This document shows, piece after piece, positions 1-9,351 of a DNA stretch of 26,892 nt (positions are counted from its first letter, which is position 1; every line of letters begins with the position of its first letter). This stretch comes from Gemmatimonadaceae bacterium. GTDB taxonomy: Bacteria > Gemmatimonadota > Gemmatimonadetes > Gemmatimonadales > Gemmatimonadaceae. The notes under the pieces are model-generated. The model saw only the letters and a list, made by a program, of their open reading frames with translations, was not told where the DNA came from and did no database searches. Where the stretch lies: positions 1 to 26,892 of the forward strand of contig JBGAJQ010000070.1 of NCBI GenBank assembly GCA_044224875.1. The letters are read 5' to 3'. The translations under genes and the position numbers were made by a program.

Positions 1-626
1 GCTTCGGAGCCAAAGTTGATCGCAAGCCGCCGGAGCGGCAAGCTCGCCTCCTCAAACACAATCACCAACGCATCGCCGTAGGTGTTGGAGGTGCCGGTCA
101 CGGAGTAGGCGTACGTCCCGTTGCCTGTGACGATCGACGTGACATCATATGGGTACGCACGACAGTACAGACCGCCAGCCGGATCGGTCAGACGATCGCC
201 GCGCGCGCCAAGTGATTGCCCAGCGAATGTCACATTCGCGGCCTCGGTCGCGCTCGCGGAGAACGAGGTGGTGACGAAGAATGCGGCGCGAACGGTGGCG
301 CCCGCTGGAACGCCGACGACCGTGAACGTGCCACTCGGGTCAGTGGCGGCGACGTGAGGAACAACCAACACGAGCGCATCCACTCGACCGCTGACGACCT
401 TGCGCGTCACGAGCGGATGGTCCCCTGGATAGTCCTGGATGCGCGCAGGACCCATCGCACCGCCCCAAGGAGCGTCCGCCGACATTGCTGACGTGTTCGA
501 GCGAGCTTGGCCGCGCTGCTGAAGCACGTCGGGGTTTGGAACCGCTGACGCTGTCGGACTCTGCCCGTCGTGACACGCGCTGACGCCCATGAGCGCGAGC
601 GCTGGAAGAAGTGCTCCCCTCCGCAT
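1..626 (-). CDS. Exported lipoprotein, beta-rich (DUF3344-like), 3' end runs off the window
   Basis: Not in the ORF track; translated by hand. ATG at 626 preceded by GGGGGG, open to position 1: MRRGALLPALALMGVSAC (lipobox VSAC) ... SGTFTVVGVPAGATVRAAFF ... YDVTSIVTGNGTYAYSV ... DALVIVFEEASLPLRRLAINFGSE. The DUF3344 resemblance is tentative. Confidence 0.8.
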   Translation of the reverse strand, partial: MRRGALLPALALMGVSACHDGQSPTASAVPNPDVLQQRGQARSNTSAMSADAPWGGAMGPARIQDYPGDHPLVTRKVVSGRVDALVLVVPHVAATDPSGTFTVVGVPAGATVRAAFFVTTSFSASATEAANVTFAGQSLGARGDRLTDPAGGLYCRAYPYDVTSIVTGNGTYAYSVTGTSNTYGDALVIVFEEASLPLRRLAINFGSE

Positions 627-916
627 GGCTGCCCCCCTGAATGGTGTAATCGACGAACCTCGACCCCTTAGAGGGACACGCAGCGGGCAATTCCCAGATT
701 GCAGCGTGGAAGCAGTCAGACCCCGCGACACGACGGTCGGTACGGTGCCTCCCCGCTTTCGCCAGCTGATCACTGCCGCGCTCTCGTGCCGAAACCGATG
801 TGGCTCGACAGGGGGCGCGGCCGGCACCATGATTCGCCGCGTCGCTCGAACACGGAGGGATACATTCAATTTCTTTGCGTCGACGACGCGCAACACTGCC
901 ACCCAATGAGCCGACC

Positions 917-1462
917 ATGAAGGCAAAGGAATCCGACGCACTGCTGACCGCCTTGCAGGTGCGCTTTGAGAAGAACATGCAACGCCACGCGGGAATCGCG
1001 TGGTCTGACGTGCTGGCCAGATTGAAGGGACAATCGGCAGCCTTGAAGTCGCTGAGCGAAATGGAAGCGACCGGCGGCGAGCCGGACGTCATTGCTCGAG
1101 AGAAAAAGAGTGGCCGCATCACATTCTGTGACTGCGCCGCCGAAAGTCCCGCGAAACGACGGAGTTTTTGCTACGATGGTGAGGCACTCCGGGCGCGCAA
1201 GGAGCACAAGCCGAAGAACAGCGCGGTGGAGATGGCCGCCGCCATGGGAATCGAGCTGCTGACCGAGGCACAGTATCAGGCGTTGCAGGCACTTGGGGAA
1301 TTTGACCTGAAGACTTCGAGTTGGCTTAGTACGCCATCGGATGTTCGAGCGCTCGGAGGAGCTCTGTTTGGCGATCGGCGTTTTGGACGAGTATTCGTTT
1401 ACCACAACGGGGCGGAGTCGTACTACGCCGCTCGGGGATTTCGCGGCCTGCTACAGGTTTGA
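917..1462 (+). CDS. DUF4256 family protein
   Basis: Start trimmed to ATG 917 (MKAKESDALL). Motifs RFEKNMQRH, MEATGGEPDV, CAAESPAKRRSFCYD, FDLKTSSWL, GGALFGDRR, YHNGAESYYAARGFRG are typical of DUF4256. Confidence 0.85.
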   Translation: MKAKESDALLTALQVRFEKNMQRHAGIAWSDVLARLKGQSAALKSLSEMEATGGEPDVIAREKKSGRITFCDCAAESPAKRRSFCYDGEALRARKEHKPKNSAVEMAAAMGIELLTEAQYQALQALGEFDLKTSSWLSTPSDVRALGGALFGDRRFGRVFVYHNGAESYYAARGFRGLLQV

Positions 1463-1531
1463 CCTCGCTGTCGGCTGGAGAGTCTGCCGCCGGTTGGTCG
1501 CGCCCGATCGCCGTGCTGCGCACGTCGATCA

Positions 1532-1578
1532 TGTAGTGCCCGCCGAACGGAGAGATGCCTCCTTTAGCGGGCGCTGTA
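1532..1578 (+). other. Long imperfect stem-loop upstream of the kinase-deaminase gene
   Basis: TGTAGTGCCCGC (1532-1543) pairs with GCGGGCGCTGTA (1567-1578) using three G-U pairs; inner GAA/TTT and GGAG/CTCC close a 6-nt loop. Confidence 0.5.
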
Positions 1579-1584
1579 GGCGAG

Positions 1585-1590
1585 TAGATT
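1585..1590 (+). promoter_or_regulatory. Putative -10 element (TAGATT), leaderless-type start
   Basis: TANNNT hexamer 6 nt before ATG 1597, with no Shine-Dalgarno between them. Confidence 0.55.
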
Positions 1591-1596
1591 CCCCGC

Positions 1597-2598
1597 ATGA
1601 TCATCATCGGACTCACCGGCCGGAACGCGAGCGGCAAGACGACCGCCGGCCAATTTCTCGCTTCGCGCGGATTCACCTACCTGTCGCTCTCCGACGTTAT
1701 TCGCGATGAAGCCCGGCAGCGCGGTCTCTCGGACGTTCGAGAGAACTTGATCGCACTGGGCAATGAGCTGCGCGAGCGGCACGGCCCCGGCGCCCTCGCC
1801 GAGCTCACCGTGCAGCGCATGCAGCCCGACCGCAACTACGCGGTGGATAGCATCCGGCACCCGTTTGAGGTGGCGGCGCTAAAGAAGGCGGGTTCGTTCT
1901 CGTTGTTCCATATTTTTGCTCCGCTGGAGGCGCGTTTCGCACGGTCACACGCACGGGAGCGGGCCGGCGACGCGCGCACCTTGCAGGAGTTCATCCTGCA
2001 GGAGGAGCGGGAGCTTGCCAGCAGCAACGCTGCCGCTCAGCAGCTGTTGGAGACCGAGCGCCTGGCCAATCGTGTCATCGAGAATAGCGGCACGCTGGAG
2101 CAGTTCTCGGCCGAGCTCACCGGTGCGCTGCAACAACTCGAAACGTCGTTTGCCCGCCCGTCCTGGGACCAGTATTTCATGGATATCGCTCGCCAAGTCG
2201 CAGCGCGCAGCAACTGCATGAAGCGTCAGGTGGCGGCGGTCATCGTTTCTGACCGACGGATCATCAGCACCGGGTACAACGGGACGCCGCGCGGGGTGAA
2301 GAACTGCAACGAGGGGGGCTGTCCGCGCTGCAACGGCTTCAGCGAGAGCGGCAAGAACCTCGAGGAATGTCTGTGTTCGCACGGCGAGGAGAACGCGATC
2401 GTTCAGGCGTCGTACCACGGCATCGCGATCAAGGACGCGATGCTGTACACGACGTACTCGCCGTGCCTCTTGTGCAGCAAGATGATCATCAACGCCGGCA
2501 TCCGGCGCGTGGTGTACAACGACGCCTATCCGCTGAACGACACCGCCACCCGCATGCTGAAGGAGGCGGGTGTGGAGTTAGTGAAGCTCAGAGTGTAG
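1597..2598 (+). CDS. P-loop (d)NMP-kinase-like domain fused to dCMP/deoxycytidylate deaminase
   Basis: N-terminal Walker A GLTGRNASGKTT and VDSIRHPFE. C-terminal RPSWDQYFM, STGYNGTPRG, CNEGGCPRC, CLCSHGEENA (HxE) and SPCLLC (PCxxC) Zn-deaminase motifs. Confidence 0.9.
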   Translation: MIIIGLTGRNASGKTTAGQFLASRGFTYLSLSDVIRDEARQRGLSDVRENLIALGNELRERHGPGALAELTVQRMQPDRNYAVDSIRHPFEVAALKKAGSFSLFHIFAPLEARFARSHARERAGDARTLQEFILQEERELASSNAAAQQLLETERLANRVIENSGTLEQFSAELTGALQQLETSFARPSWDQYFMDIARQVAARSNCMKRQVAAVIVSDRRIISTGYNGTPRGVKNCNEGGCPRCNGFSESGKNLEECLCSHGEENAIVQASYHGIAIKDAMLYTTYSPCLLCSKMIINAGIRRVVYNDAYPLNDTATRMLKEAGVELVKLRV

Positions 2599-2624
2599 CC
2601 CGCGGCCGGGAGAGGCCTCTCGCG

Positions 2625-4904
2625 CTACTTCTTCTTCTCTCCCGGCGTCGTCTCTCCGAGCGGTACCGCGAGCTTCGGCGGTACGTCGCCGGGCAGCGGG
2701 ACGGGTTGTGGCTGCGCGCTGAAGTCGAACAGGTCGTCCACACGGGCTCCCCTGGCCACCCCTCGCGCCCGGTCCATGGCCCTGCGTGCCGCCTCGGTTT
2801 GACCTGACGACTGAAGGACGTCGGCCAGCAGGAAGCCAGTCTGGATATACAGCGCGGGAATACCCACCGACGGCTTGTCTGGCCAGCCATCGCGCTTGAT
2901 CATGGCTTCCGGCCCGACAAACACGCTGTCCCACAACGCTCGCGTCCGCGGCAAATCCAGGAAGCCTTCGCCAGGCACCAGCACCGTGTCCTTACCGGGC
3001 GCCGGAACATCGGCCACGACGCGCCGCGCCAACCCCTGCGTGACGACATAGGGTCCAAGGCCCAGCTCCTGGGGATACCCCCCGGACGTCCGCGAGAAAT
3101 AGACAGGGCGGTCGGTGTTGTCCTTGATCATGCGCAGCACCACAATGTCCGCCTTGGTCAGGATGCGCGGTGCGATCCGGGCGATGATCTTGCCGGCCTG
3201 GAACACCTGAGTGTCGGCGACCTCGACGGCCACGGGGATGCTGTCCGCGCCATCAAGCGTTAGGCGGATCGGCGGCTGGTTGGGCATGGCCCAATTCCGG
3301 CCCCGATAGATCGCCGGTCCCTTGGCGGCATCGTACGGACGAATGGGATTCCGAATGAGCTGCCGGACGTACCAGTCGGTGTTGAGCAATGACGTGTTGG
3401 CGATCACGACATCCTGTCGGATGCCCTCAACCTCCTGCGCGTACCACAATGGAAAGGTGTCGTTGTCGCCGACGGTCACCAGGATGCCGTAGGGCTCCAC
3501 GGAGTTCAGGAGGTCTCGCGCGAACTGCACGGTGGTCTCGTCATTGCGTCGCGACGAGTCGGTCCAATTGCCGACCAACGGCACGGCGGCCACCAGCAGC
3601 AGCGGTGTTGCCACGGCCCAACTCCTGCGCTTCGGCAGCTCCAACACCTCCTTGCCCAGTTTCACGGTCTCGGCACCGATCAAGGATGCCACGGACTCCC
3701 ACACGTACACGAGACCCAGCGCCGCCCACACGCTCCACGCCGAGAAGCTCCACAGGTAGAAGTAGTCCCGGTCGCGGACCTCGCGCTGCACCGTTTCGCC
3801 AAGCTCCGGCGCTTGAGAGTATCCGTACTTGAAGTTCAGGTAGAAGATCAGCAACAGGGTCAACGTGAACATCAGCGGCCCGAAGAACCAGAACGATTGC
3901 CGGTCTCGCTTCCAGTGGACCCATCCGCCAAAGAGGCCCAGCACGAGGAAGAGCGCGGCAAGCACCCCTTGCAGCGTCTGGTGATGCAGGTAGGGATCAC
4001 GCAACCACTGCCAGCGGAAGTACAGCCACCACATCCCGACCTGCGCGGTGAACGGCGCCTGACGCTCCGTCACCTGCGGCTTGCCGTACTGCTCGCGATT
4101 GAAGTTGTACTTGAACGCCGTCCACGTGGACTTGGAAAAGGTGCAGCTGACGGATATCTCGGTCCGGCAGCCGGTAGGCTCCCCTTCGTTCAGGACGGGG
4201 AAGTACGCGGCGCGGATCGGCTGCGTCGCAAAGGGCGTCATGCCCAGCACGATCGCCCCGGCACAGGCCACCAGCAACTTCCACTTCACCAGCGTGCGGG
4301 GGCGACGAATCAGCACGGCCAGGCCGACGGCCGGGGCCGGGATGAAGCCGGCCATGTGGTTCGCATAACCAAGGCCCAACAAGTAGGCGATCAGCACCAA
4401 CAAACGATCTGCCTTGGGGGCGTCCGGATCATCGCACCAGCGCACCGTGAGCCACGCGATGATCGCCACGCCCACGAGGGCGACCGTGTACACCTTTTCG
4501 TTCACCACCGACTGCGACCACACCGTGAACGCCGTGGCGCCGATCAACGTCGCCAGCGACCCACCGACAATCCGCTGCCATCGCTCGGCCAACCAGGACA
4601 CCAGCACACGCTCGGTGATCAGGAACCACATGCCGGCGGTTACCGCGCTGCAAAGGGCCGCCAGGATATTCACCCGCATTGCAACTGACGGAGCAATCGG
4701 CAACACCGAAAAGACACGGCCCAGCACCACGAAGAACGGATTGCCGGGTGGGTGTGGGAGACCCATGATGTACGCCGCCGTGATGTACTCGCTCGTGTCC
4801 CACATCGCCGTGGACGGTCCGATCGTGAGCATGTAGAGCGCAAAGACCGCAATGCTGGCGATCGCTGCGGCGCGGTACGACGGTCGGTAGTCGAGTTCAG
4901 TCAT
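2625..4904 (-). CDS. DUF2723-domain polytopic membrane protein (TMEM260-like, GT-C fold putative glycosyltransferase)
   Basis: N-terminal TM, then WDTSEY...GLPHPPGNPFF, many further TM helices, EVRDRDYFY, and GDNDTFPLWYAQEVEGIR...NTSLLNTDWY at the start of a soluble C-terminal domain. Confidence 0.85.
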   Translation of the reverse strand: MTELDYRPSYRAAAIASIAVFALYMLTIGPSTAMWDTSEYITAAYIMGLPHPPGNPFFVVLGRVFSVLPIAPSVAMRVNILAALCSAVTAGMWFLITERVLVSWLAERWQRIVGGSLATLIGATAFTVWSQSVVNEKVYTVALVGVAIIAWLTVRWCDDPDAPKADRLLVLIAYLLGLGYANHMAGFIPAPAVGLAVLIRRPRTLVKWKLLVACAGAIVLGMTPFATQPIRAAYFPVLNEGEPTGCRTEISVSCTFSKSTWTAFKYNFNREQYGKPQVTERQAPFTAQVGMWWLYFRWQWLRDPYLHHQTLQGVLAALFLVLGLFGGWVHWKRDRQSFWFFGPLMFTLTLLLIFYLNFKYGYSQAPELGETVQREVRDRDYFYLWSFSAWSVWAALGLVYVWESVASLIGAETVKLGKEVLELPKRRSWAVATPLLLVAAVPLVGNWTDSSRRNDETTVQFARDLLNSVEPYGILVTVGDNDTFPLWYAQEVEGIRQDVVIANTSLLNTDWYVRQLIRNPIRPYDAAKGPAIYRGRNWAMPNQPPIRLTLDGADSIPVAVEVADTQVFQAGKIIARIAPRILTKADIVVLRMIKDNTDRPVYFSRTSGGYPQELGLGPYVVTQGLARRVVADVPAPGKDTVLVPGEGFLDLPRTRALWDSVFVGPEAMIKRDGWPDKPSVGIPALYIQTGFLLADVLQSSGQTEAARRAMDRARGVARGARVDDLFDFSAQPQPVPLPGDVPPKLAVPLGETTPGEKKK

Positions 4905-4958
4905 GCGGCTGGTGTCAATCGAATGGGACCCACGAGTACCCGGCTGGCCGGAACACGA

Positions 4959-4983
4959 TTCAGGCGCCTGGAGGGCGCCTGAA
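4959..4983. other. Perfect 10-bp inverted repeat in the purH-DUF2723 spacer
   Basis: TTCAGGCGCC-TGGAG-GGCGCCTGAA. A second GC-rich hairpin lies at 5004-5051 (GCCCGGCC/GGCCGGGC). Neither has a U-tract. Confidence 0.55.
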
Positions 4984-5054
4984 GGCGGTACGGACGCGGC
5001 GCGACCCGGGCCCGGCCGCGGGAAAGATGCCGTCTGGCCGGGCTGTCGGGTAGT

Positions 5055-6587
5055 CTAGTGGCGGAAGAGCCGCTGACCCGTGAAGAACATGGTCATCCCG
5101 TGTTCGTTGGCGGCGGCCACAACCTCCGCGTCCCGTATCGAACCGCCCGGTTGGACGATTGCGCGCACGCCGGCCTCGGCGGCTTGATCAATCGAGTCGC
5201 GGAACGGGAAATACGCATCGGAACCGAGCGCCGAACCTGCCGTGTCGTGGCCTACCACCCGCGCCTTGTGGACAGCGAGAAACGCCGCGTCCACGCGCGA
5301 CATCTGCCCGGCGCCAATGCCGATCGTCGCACCGTCGCGAGCCAAGACAATGGCGTTGGACTTCACGCTGCTCACGGCACGCCAGGCAAACAGCAGGTCG
5401 CGCTTCTCCTCGGGTGTGGGCTGTCGGGTTGTCGCGAGGGTCCAGTCTGAGTCGCCGAGGACTGCCGGGGGGCGATCCTGCACCAAAAAGCCGCCGCGAA
5501 CGCGCTTGAGGTCGTGTGACGCGGGCGTGGCCGGTGCGAGTCCCTCCAGCACGCGGAGGTTGCGTTTGCGACCAAGGATGTCGACGGCGGCTTCGGAGAA
5601 GGATGGCGCCACGATGCATTCGACAAAGAGCGACGAGATGGCGTCGGCTGCGGCTTCATCCACGGGAACGGTGAAGGCAATCACCGAGCCGAACGCCGAG
5701 ACGGGATCGCAGGCGAGGGCCTTGCGATAGGCATCGAGCGCGTCAGCACCAACAGCCAGCCCGCAAGGCGTGGTATGCTTGATGATCGCGCAACACGCCT
5801 CGTTCGCGAACGGGTCCGCCGCCAACAACGCCCCCTCCAGGTCCAACAGGTTATTGAACGACAGTTCCTTGCCGCCGCGTTGCACCAAGGCACCGAGCCC
5901 GGCTCCCGACCGTTCAACGTAGAAGGCCGCTTGTTGTCCCGGATTCTCACCATAGCGAAGTGCTTGTGCGCGTTCGAGCGAGATGGTGAGTTCCTGGGGG
6001 AACCGTTCGCCGCGCTGCGCCGCAAACCAGGCGGCGATCGCACCGTCGTAGCTGGCGGTGTGGGCGTACACCTTCTCGGCGAGCAGGCGTCGTAGGTCCA
6101 GGTCGTCGTCCCCGGCCTGCAACGCGGCCAATACGCGTGCGTAGTCGGACGGATCGGCGATGACCCACACCGAGGCGAAATTCTTGGCCGCAGAGCGTAG
6201 CATGGATGGGCCACCGATGTCGATTTGCTCCACGACATCCTCGGCGTGCACGCCGGCCTTGGCCGCCGTCTCACGAAATGGGTACAGGTTCACCGCGACC
6301 AGATCGATGGGGGCGATGTCGTGTTGCGCGATCGCTTCCATATGGGCCGGCAGGTCACGTCGAGCCAGCAGCCCGCCATGGACCACCGGGTGCAACGTTT
6401 TCACCCGACCATCGAGCATTTCAGGGAAACGCGTGATCTCCGAGATGTCCTTTACGGCGAGCCCGGCGTCACGAAGGGCGCGAGCCGTGCCGCCGGTGGA
6501 GACCAATTCCCAGCCGAGGCTTGCCAGTGCGTGGGCGAACTCAACGAGGCCGGACTTGTCAGAAACGGAAAGAAGAGCGCGAGGCAT
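5055..6587 (-). CDS. purH: Bifunctional AICAR transformylase / IMP cyclohydrolase
   Basis: [57 protein letters not shown]-terminal TGQRLFRH. Confidence 0.98.
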   Translation of the reverse strand: MPRALLSVSDKSGLVEFAHALASLGWELVSTGGTARALRDAGLAVKDISEITRFPEMLDGRVKTLHPVVHGGLLARRDLPAHMEAIAQHDIAPIDLVAVNLYPFRETAAKAGVHAEDVVEQIDIGGPSMLRSAAKNFASVWVIADPSDYARVLAALQAGDDDLDLRRLLAEKVYAHTASYDGAIAAWFAAQRGERFPQELTISLERAQALRYGENPGQQAAFYVERSGAGLGALVQRGGKELSFNNLLDLEGALLAADPFANEACCAIIKHTTPCGLAVGADALDAYRKALACDPVSAFGSVIAFTVPVDEAAADAISSLFVECIVAPSFSEAAVDILGRKRNLRVLEGLAPATPASHDLKRVRGGFLVQDRPPAVLGDSDWTLATTRQPTPEEKRDLLFAWRAVSSVKSNAIVLARDGATIGIGAGQMSRVDAAFLAVHKARVVGHDTAGSALGSDAYFPFRDSIDQAAEAGVRAIVQPGGSIRDAEVVAAANEHGMTMFFTGQRLFRH

Positions 6588-6657
6588 GTGCGATCAGTCA
6601 CACAGGGGGAAGGTGTCAGTTCAAACATGGGAAGGGCTGAGCCGGGCGCACATTCGC

Positions 6658-7356
6658 TCATGCGCGCGGGCGGCTCACATCGAGCGGCTGTATGGCGACG
6701 GCCGTACCGACGGCCAAGGTGAACGCGACCGCCGGACGTGACGCTGGCGCAGTGTGAACGCGGCCGTCAGCGCCTAACGAAACTTCCTCGCTGGCCACCG
6801 CCTGGACAGCGGGTGGATAGATCTGGTGCTCGACCTCGAGGACGCGGTCGGCGAGGGTCGTCCCGGTGTCGTCGGGGAAGACAGGGACTGGCCACTGCGC
6901 GATGATCGGGCCGTGATCGTACTCAGCATCCACGAAGTGGACCGTGGCGCCCGAGATGCGCGTGCCGGCGGCCAGCACGGCCTCATGCACGTGATGCCCG
7001 AACATGCCGTGTCCTCCGAAAGCAGGAAGGAGGCTCGGGTGAATGTTCATGATGCGGCCGCGATATTCGGTGGTCACGTCGTCCGGTATGAATCGCAGGT
7101 ATCCGGCGAGGGCGATGAGGTCCACACGATGGGTGCGCAGCATTGCCTGCATCCCGGTCGTCCGTGTCGGTGCATCCATGGAGATCGCCGTGACGCTGTG
7201 GTTCCTGGCGCGAATGAGCGCGCCGGCCGATGCACGGTCACTGGCAACCAAGACGACGTCCGCGGCGCGCTTGTCTCCCAACCCGCCGAAATAGTCGAGC
7301 AGTGCTTGCAGGTTGGACCCTCCGCCGGAGCAGAGGACGGCGACGCGTTTTCGCAT
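6658..7356 (-). CDS. purN: Phosphoribosylglycinamide formyltransferase
   Basis: VAVLCSGGGSNLQA, LAGYLRFI, MNIHPSLLPAFGG, SGATVHFVDAEYDHGPII; adjacent to purH. Confidence 0.97.
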   Translation of the reverse strand: MRKRVAVLCSGGGSNLQALLDYFGGLGDKRAADVVLVASDRASAGALIRARNHSVTAISMDAPTRTTGMQAMLRTHRVDLIALAGYLRFIPDDVTTEYRGRIMNIHPSLLPAFGGHGMFGHHVHEAVLAAGTRISGATVHFVDAEYDHGPIIAQWPVPVFPDDTGTTLADRVLEVEHQIYPPAVQAVASEEVSLGADGRVHTAPASRPAVAFTLAVGTAVAIQPLDVSRPRA

Positions 7357-7363
7357 GGCGCGG

Positions 7364-7369
7364 ATACTA
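7364..7369 (-). promoter_or_regulatory. Putative -10 element (TAGTAT) of purN, leaderless-type
   Basis: Minus strand reads TAGTAT-ccgcgcc-ATG (7-nt spacer), no SD. Confidence 0.6.
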
Positions 7370-7445
7370 CGGCGGTTGTCGAGGCGACGTAAGTGCAGCG
7401 AAGCGCACCTGAGCGTGCTGGCGAGCGTCGCGCGGTGCGACCTCG

Positions 7446-7991
7446 TCAGCGAGAAAGAAAACGCGTGACGGCGTCGCCGAGCGTGGGTGCAAGGAGGCCG
7501 CGCCGCTCGGCGCGATCGCGTTCTTCGGCGGGCGTCGCCGGCGAGGGCACAAGGACGGCCATTCCGCCGAGTGTGAGGCCAGGTTCCACGTCACGCCACC
7601 GGTCGCCAGCAAATAGGGAACGCGTTAGGTCGATCCCGAGTCGCTCGGCCGCCTGCTCGTAGAGCAGCGTGCCAGGCTTGCGGCAGCGGCAAGGCCCAGT
7701 GACGTCCGGGTGATGGGGACAGTGCAGTTGAAGTTCGACCTCGGCACCTTCGGCGGCGAGCAAGGTGGCCAGCCGGGAGCGCGTGGCGACATACTGGGCC
7801 TCGGTGATGAAGCCCTGGGCGATGCCGCTCTGGTTGGTGATGACGATCGGATGGACCTGGGCGGCGCGCAGTCGGCGGACAGCTGCTGCGGCGCCGGGTA
7901 CCAGCTCGACTCGATCCGCATCGGCGAGGTAGTGTGCATCCACGATGAGGGTGCCATCGCGGTCGAGGAAGGCGGCGCGGCCGTCAGGCAT
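7446..7991 (-). CDS. gmhB: HAD-IIIA phosphatase, GmhB / heptose-1,7-bisphosphate phosphatase-like
   Basis: Start trimmed to ATG 7991, overlapping the selA stop. AAFLDRDGTL, ITNQSGIAQG, CPHHP...CRCRKPG (Zn site), FAGDRWRD. Confidence 0.85.
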   Translation of the reverse strand: MPDGRAAFLDRDGTLIVDAHYLADADRVELVPGAAAAVRRLRAAQVHPIVITNQSGIAQGFITEAQYVATRSRLATLLAAEGAEVELQLHCPHHPDVTGPCRCRKPGTLLYEQAAERLGIDLTRSLFAGDRWRDVEPGLTLGGMAVLVPSPATPAEERDRAERRGLLAPTLGDAVTRFLSR

Positions 7992-9351
7992 GCGGTGCGA
8001 GCGCCTCGCGGACGGCGGCCTCGAGCGCCGCATCGCCTGACGCCGGAACCGAGCGCAGCTCCAACAGCAGGGTATCGTCGGCGACGCGACCGATCACCGG
8101 CGTGTGTCCACCGCGGAGTTGGGCTTCCCAGGCCACCGCCGGGCCACCTAACGCCACGGCCCACGACGCAAGGCGTGCCGTGGGAAAGGCACCGCCACCC
8201 ACGCTCCCCTCGGTCGCGAGGACGCTCGCAGGAATTCCGGCGCCCTGGAATCGGGCGGCCATGGATCTCGCACGCCGTTCGAGATCAGCGGGTGCCGCGG
8301 CGAGCATTGCCAGGGTCGGGATCTCACGCACGGCGGTGTGGGGATCCCGATACAGCTGCAACGTCGCCGTCAATGCGGCGATCGTCATCTTGTCCACGCG
8401 GAGTGCGCGGGTCAGTGGATTGGCCTTCAGGGCCGAGATGGCGGGCGTGTCACCGAGCAGGATCCCGGCTTGTGGCCCACCCAGCAGCTTGTCGCCGCTC
8501 ATGGCGACCAACGTTGCACCGTCCCGAACGGCATCGCGCGCTGTGGGTTCCCCAGCCAGCCCGAATGGCTCGAGGGAGATCAGGAGGCCGCTCCCGAAGT
8601 CGTGTAGCAGCGGAACGCCCGCCGCCGCAGCCAGGGGTTGCAGCTCCCGAACGGGGACCTCGGCCACAAAGCCGCGCATCTCGAAATTGGAGCGGTGTAC
8701 CTTGACGAGCGCTCCGGTGTCGGCGCCTAACGCTGCTTGGTAGTCACTCAAGGCCGTCCGGTTGGTGGTGCCAACCTCACGCAACCGCGCGCCGCTTCGC
8801 GCCATGATCTCCGGCACGCGGAAGGCGCCGCCAATCTCAATCAGTTCTCCACGCGAGACGATCGCCTCGCGATCGCGAGCGAAGGTGTTCAAGGCCAGCA
8901 CCATGGCCGCGGCGCAGTTGTTCACCACCAGCGCGTCCGCGGCGCCGGTGAGTTCTCGCAATAGGGCGACACAGTGGTCGTACCGCGACCCCCGCCGGCC
9001 TGTCGTCAGATCAAACTCCAGGTTGGAGGCGCCGCCGGCGGTCTCCACGATCGCCTCGATGGCTGCTCGTGCCAGTGGTGCGCGACCGAGGTTGGTGTGG
9101 AGCACCACCCCGGTCGCGTTGATCACCGGGCGCAGGGACGGGCGCAGCAACACGTCAACCTCGCGAACGACGGCCTCGGCCCAAGCCGAGTCGTCGGCCG
9201 GCGCAACGGATGGCGATTCTCTCACGCGCTCGATGACCCGGCGCGCTGCGGCGGTTAATACGGTGTGAGGGGTGGCGGCGCTTCGCGCGCGCACGAGCGG
9301 CGATTCGATCAGGCTGCCCACCGAGGGGAGGGCCCGACGCGGATCGCTCAT
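7984..9351 (-). CDS. selA: L-seryl-tRNA(Sec) selenium transferase
   Basis: VINATGVVLHTNLGRAPL, VVNNCAAA, VSRGELIEIGGAFRVPEIM, EVGTTNRT, PLP-lysine motif SGDKLLGGPQAG, RALRVDK. Confidence 0.95.
   Translation of the reverse strand: MSDPRRALPSVGSLIESPLVRARSAATPHTVLTAAARRVIERVRESPSVAPADDSAWAEAVVREVDVLLRPSLRPVINATGVVLHTNLGRAPLARAAIEAIVETAGGASNLEFDLTTGRRGSRYDHCVALLRELTGAADALVVNNCAAAMVLALNTFARDREAIVSRGELIEIGGAFRVPEIMARSGARLREVGTTNRTALSDYQAALGADTGALVKVHRSNFEMRGFVAEVPVRELQPLAAAAGVPLLHDFGSGLLISLEPFGLAGEPTARDAVRDGATLVAMSGDKLLGGPQAGILLGDTPAISALKANPLTRALRVDKMTIAALTATLQLYRDPHTAVREIPTLAMLAAAPADLERRARSMAARFQGAGIPASVLATEGSVGGGAFPTARLASWAVALGGPAVAWEAQLRGGHTPVIGRVADDTLLLELRSVPASGDAALEAAVREALAPHA

Noticed and set aside
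340..1405. Minus-strand ORFs 340-1122 and 866-1405, and plus-strand ORFs 121-491
   Set aside because: Shadow frames of the DUF4256 gene and the left-edge lipoprotein; Arg/Ser/Pro-rich with no motifs.
6588..6657. ZTP (pfl) riboswitch upstream of purH, purN or glyA
   Set aside because: No ZTP consensus is visible; purN appears leaderless and glyA overlaps rpiB.
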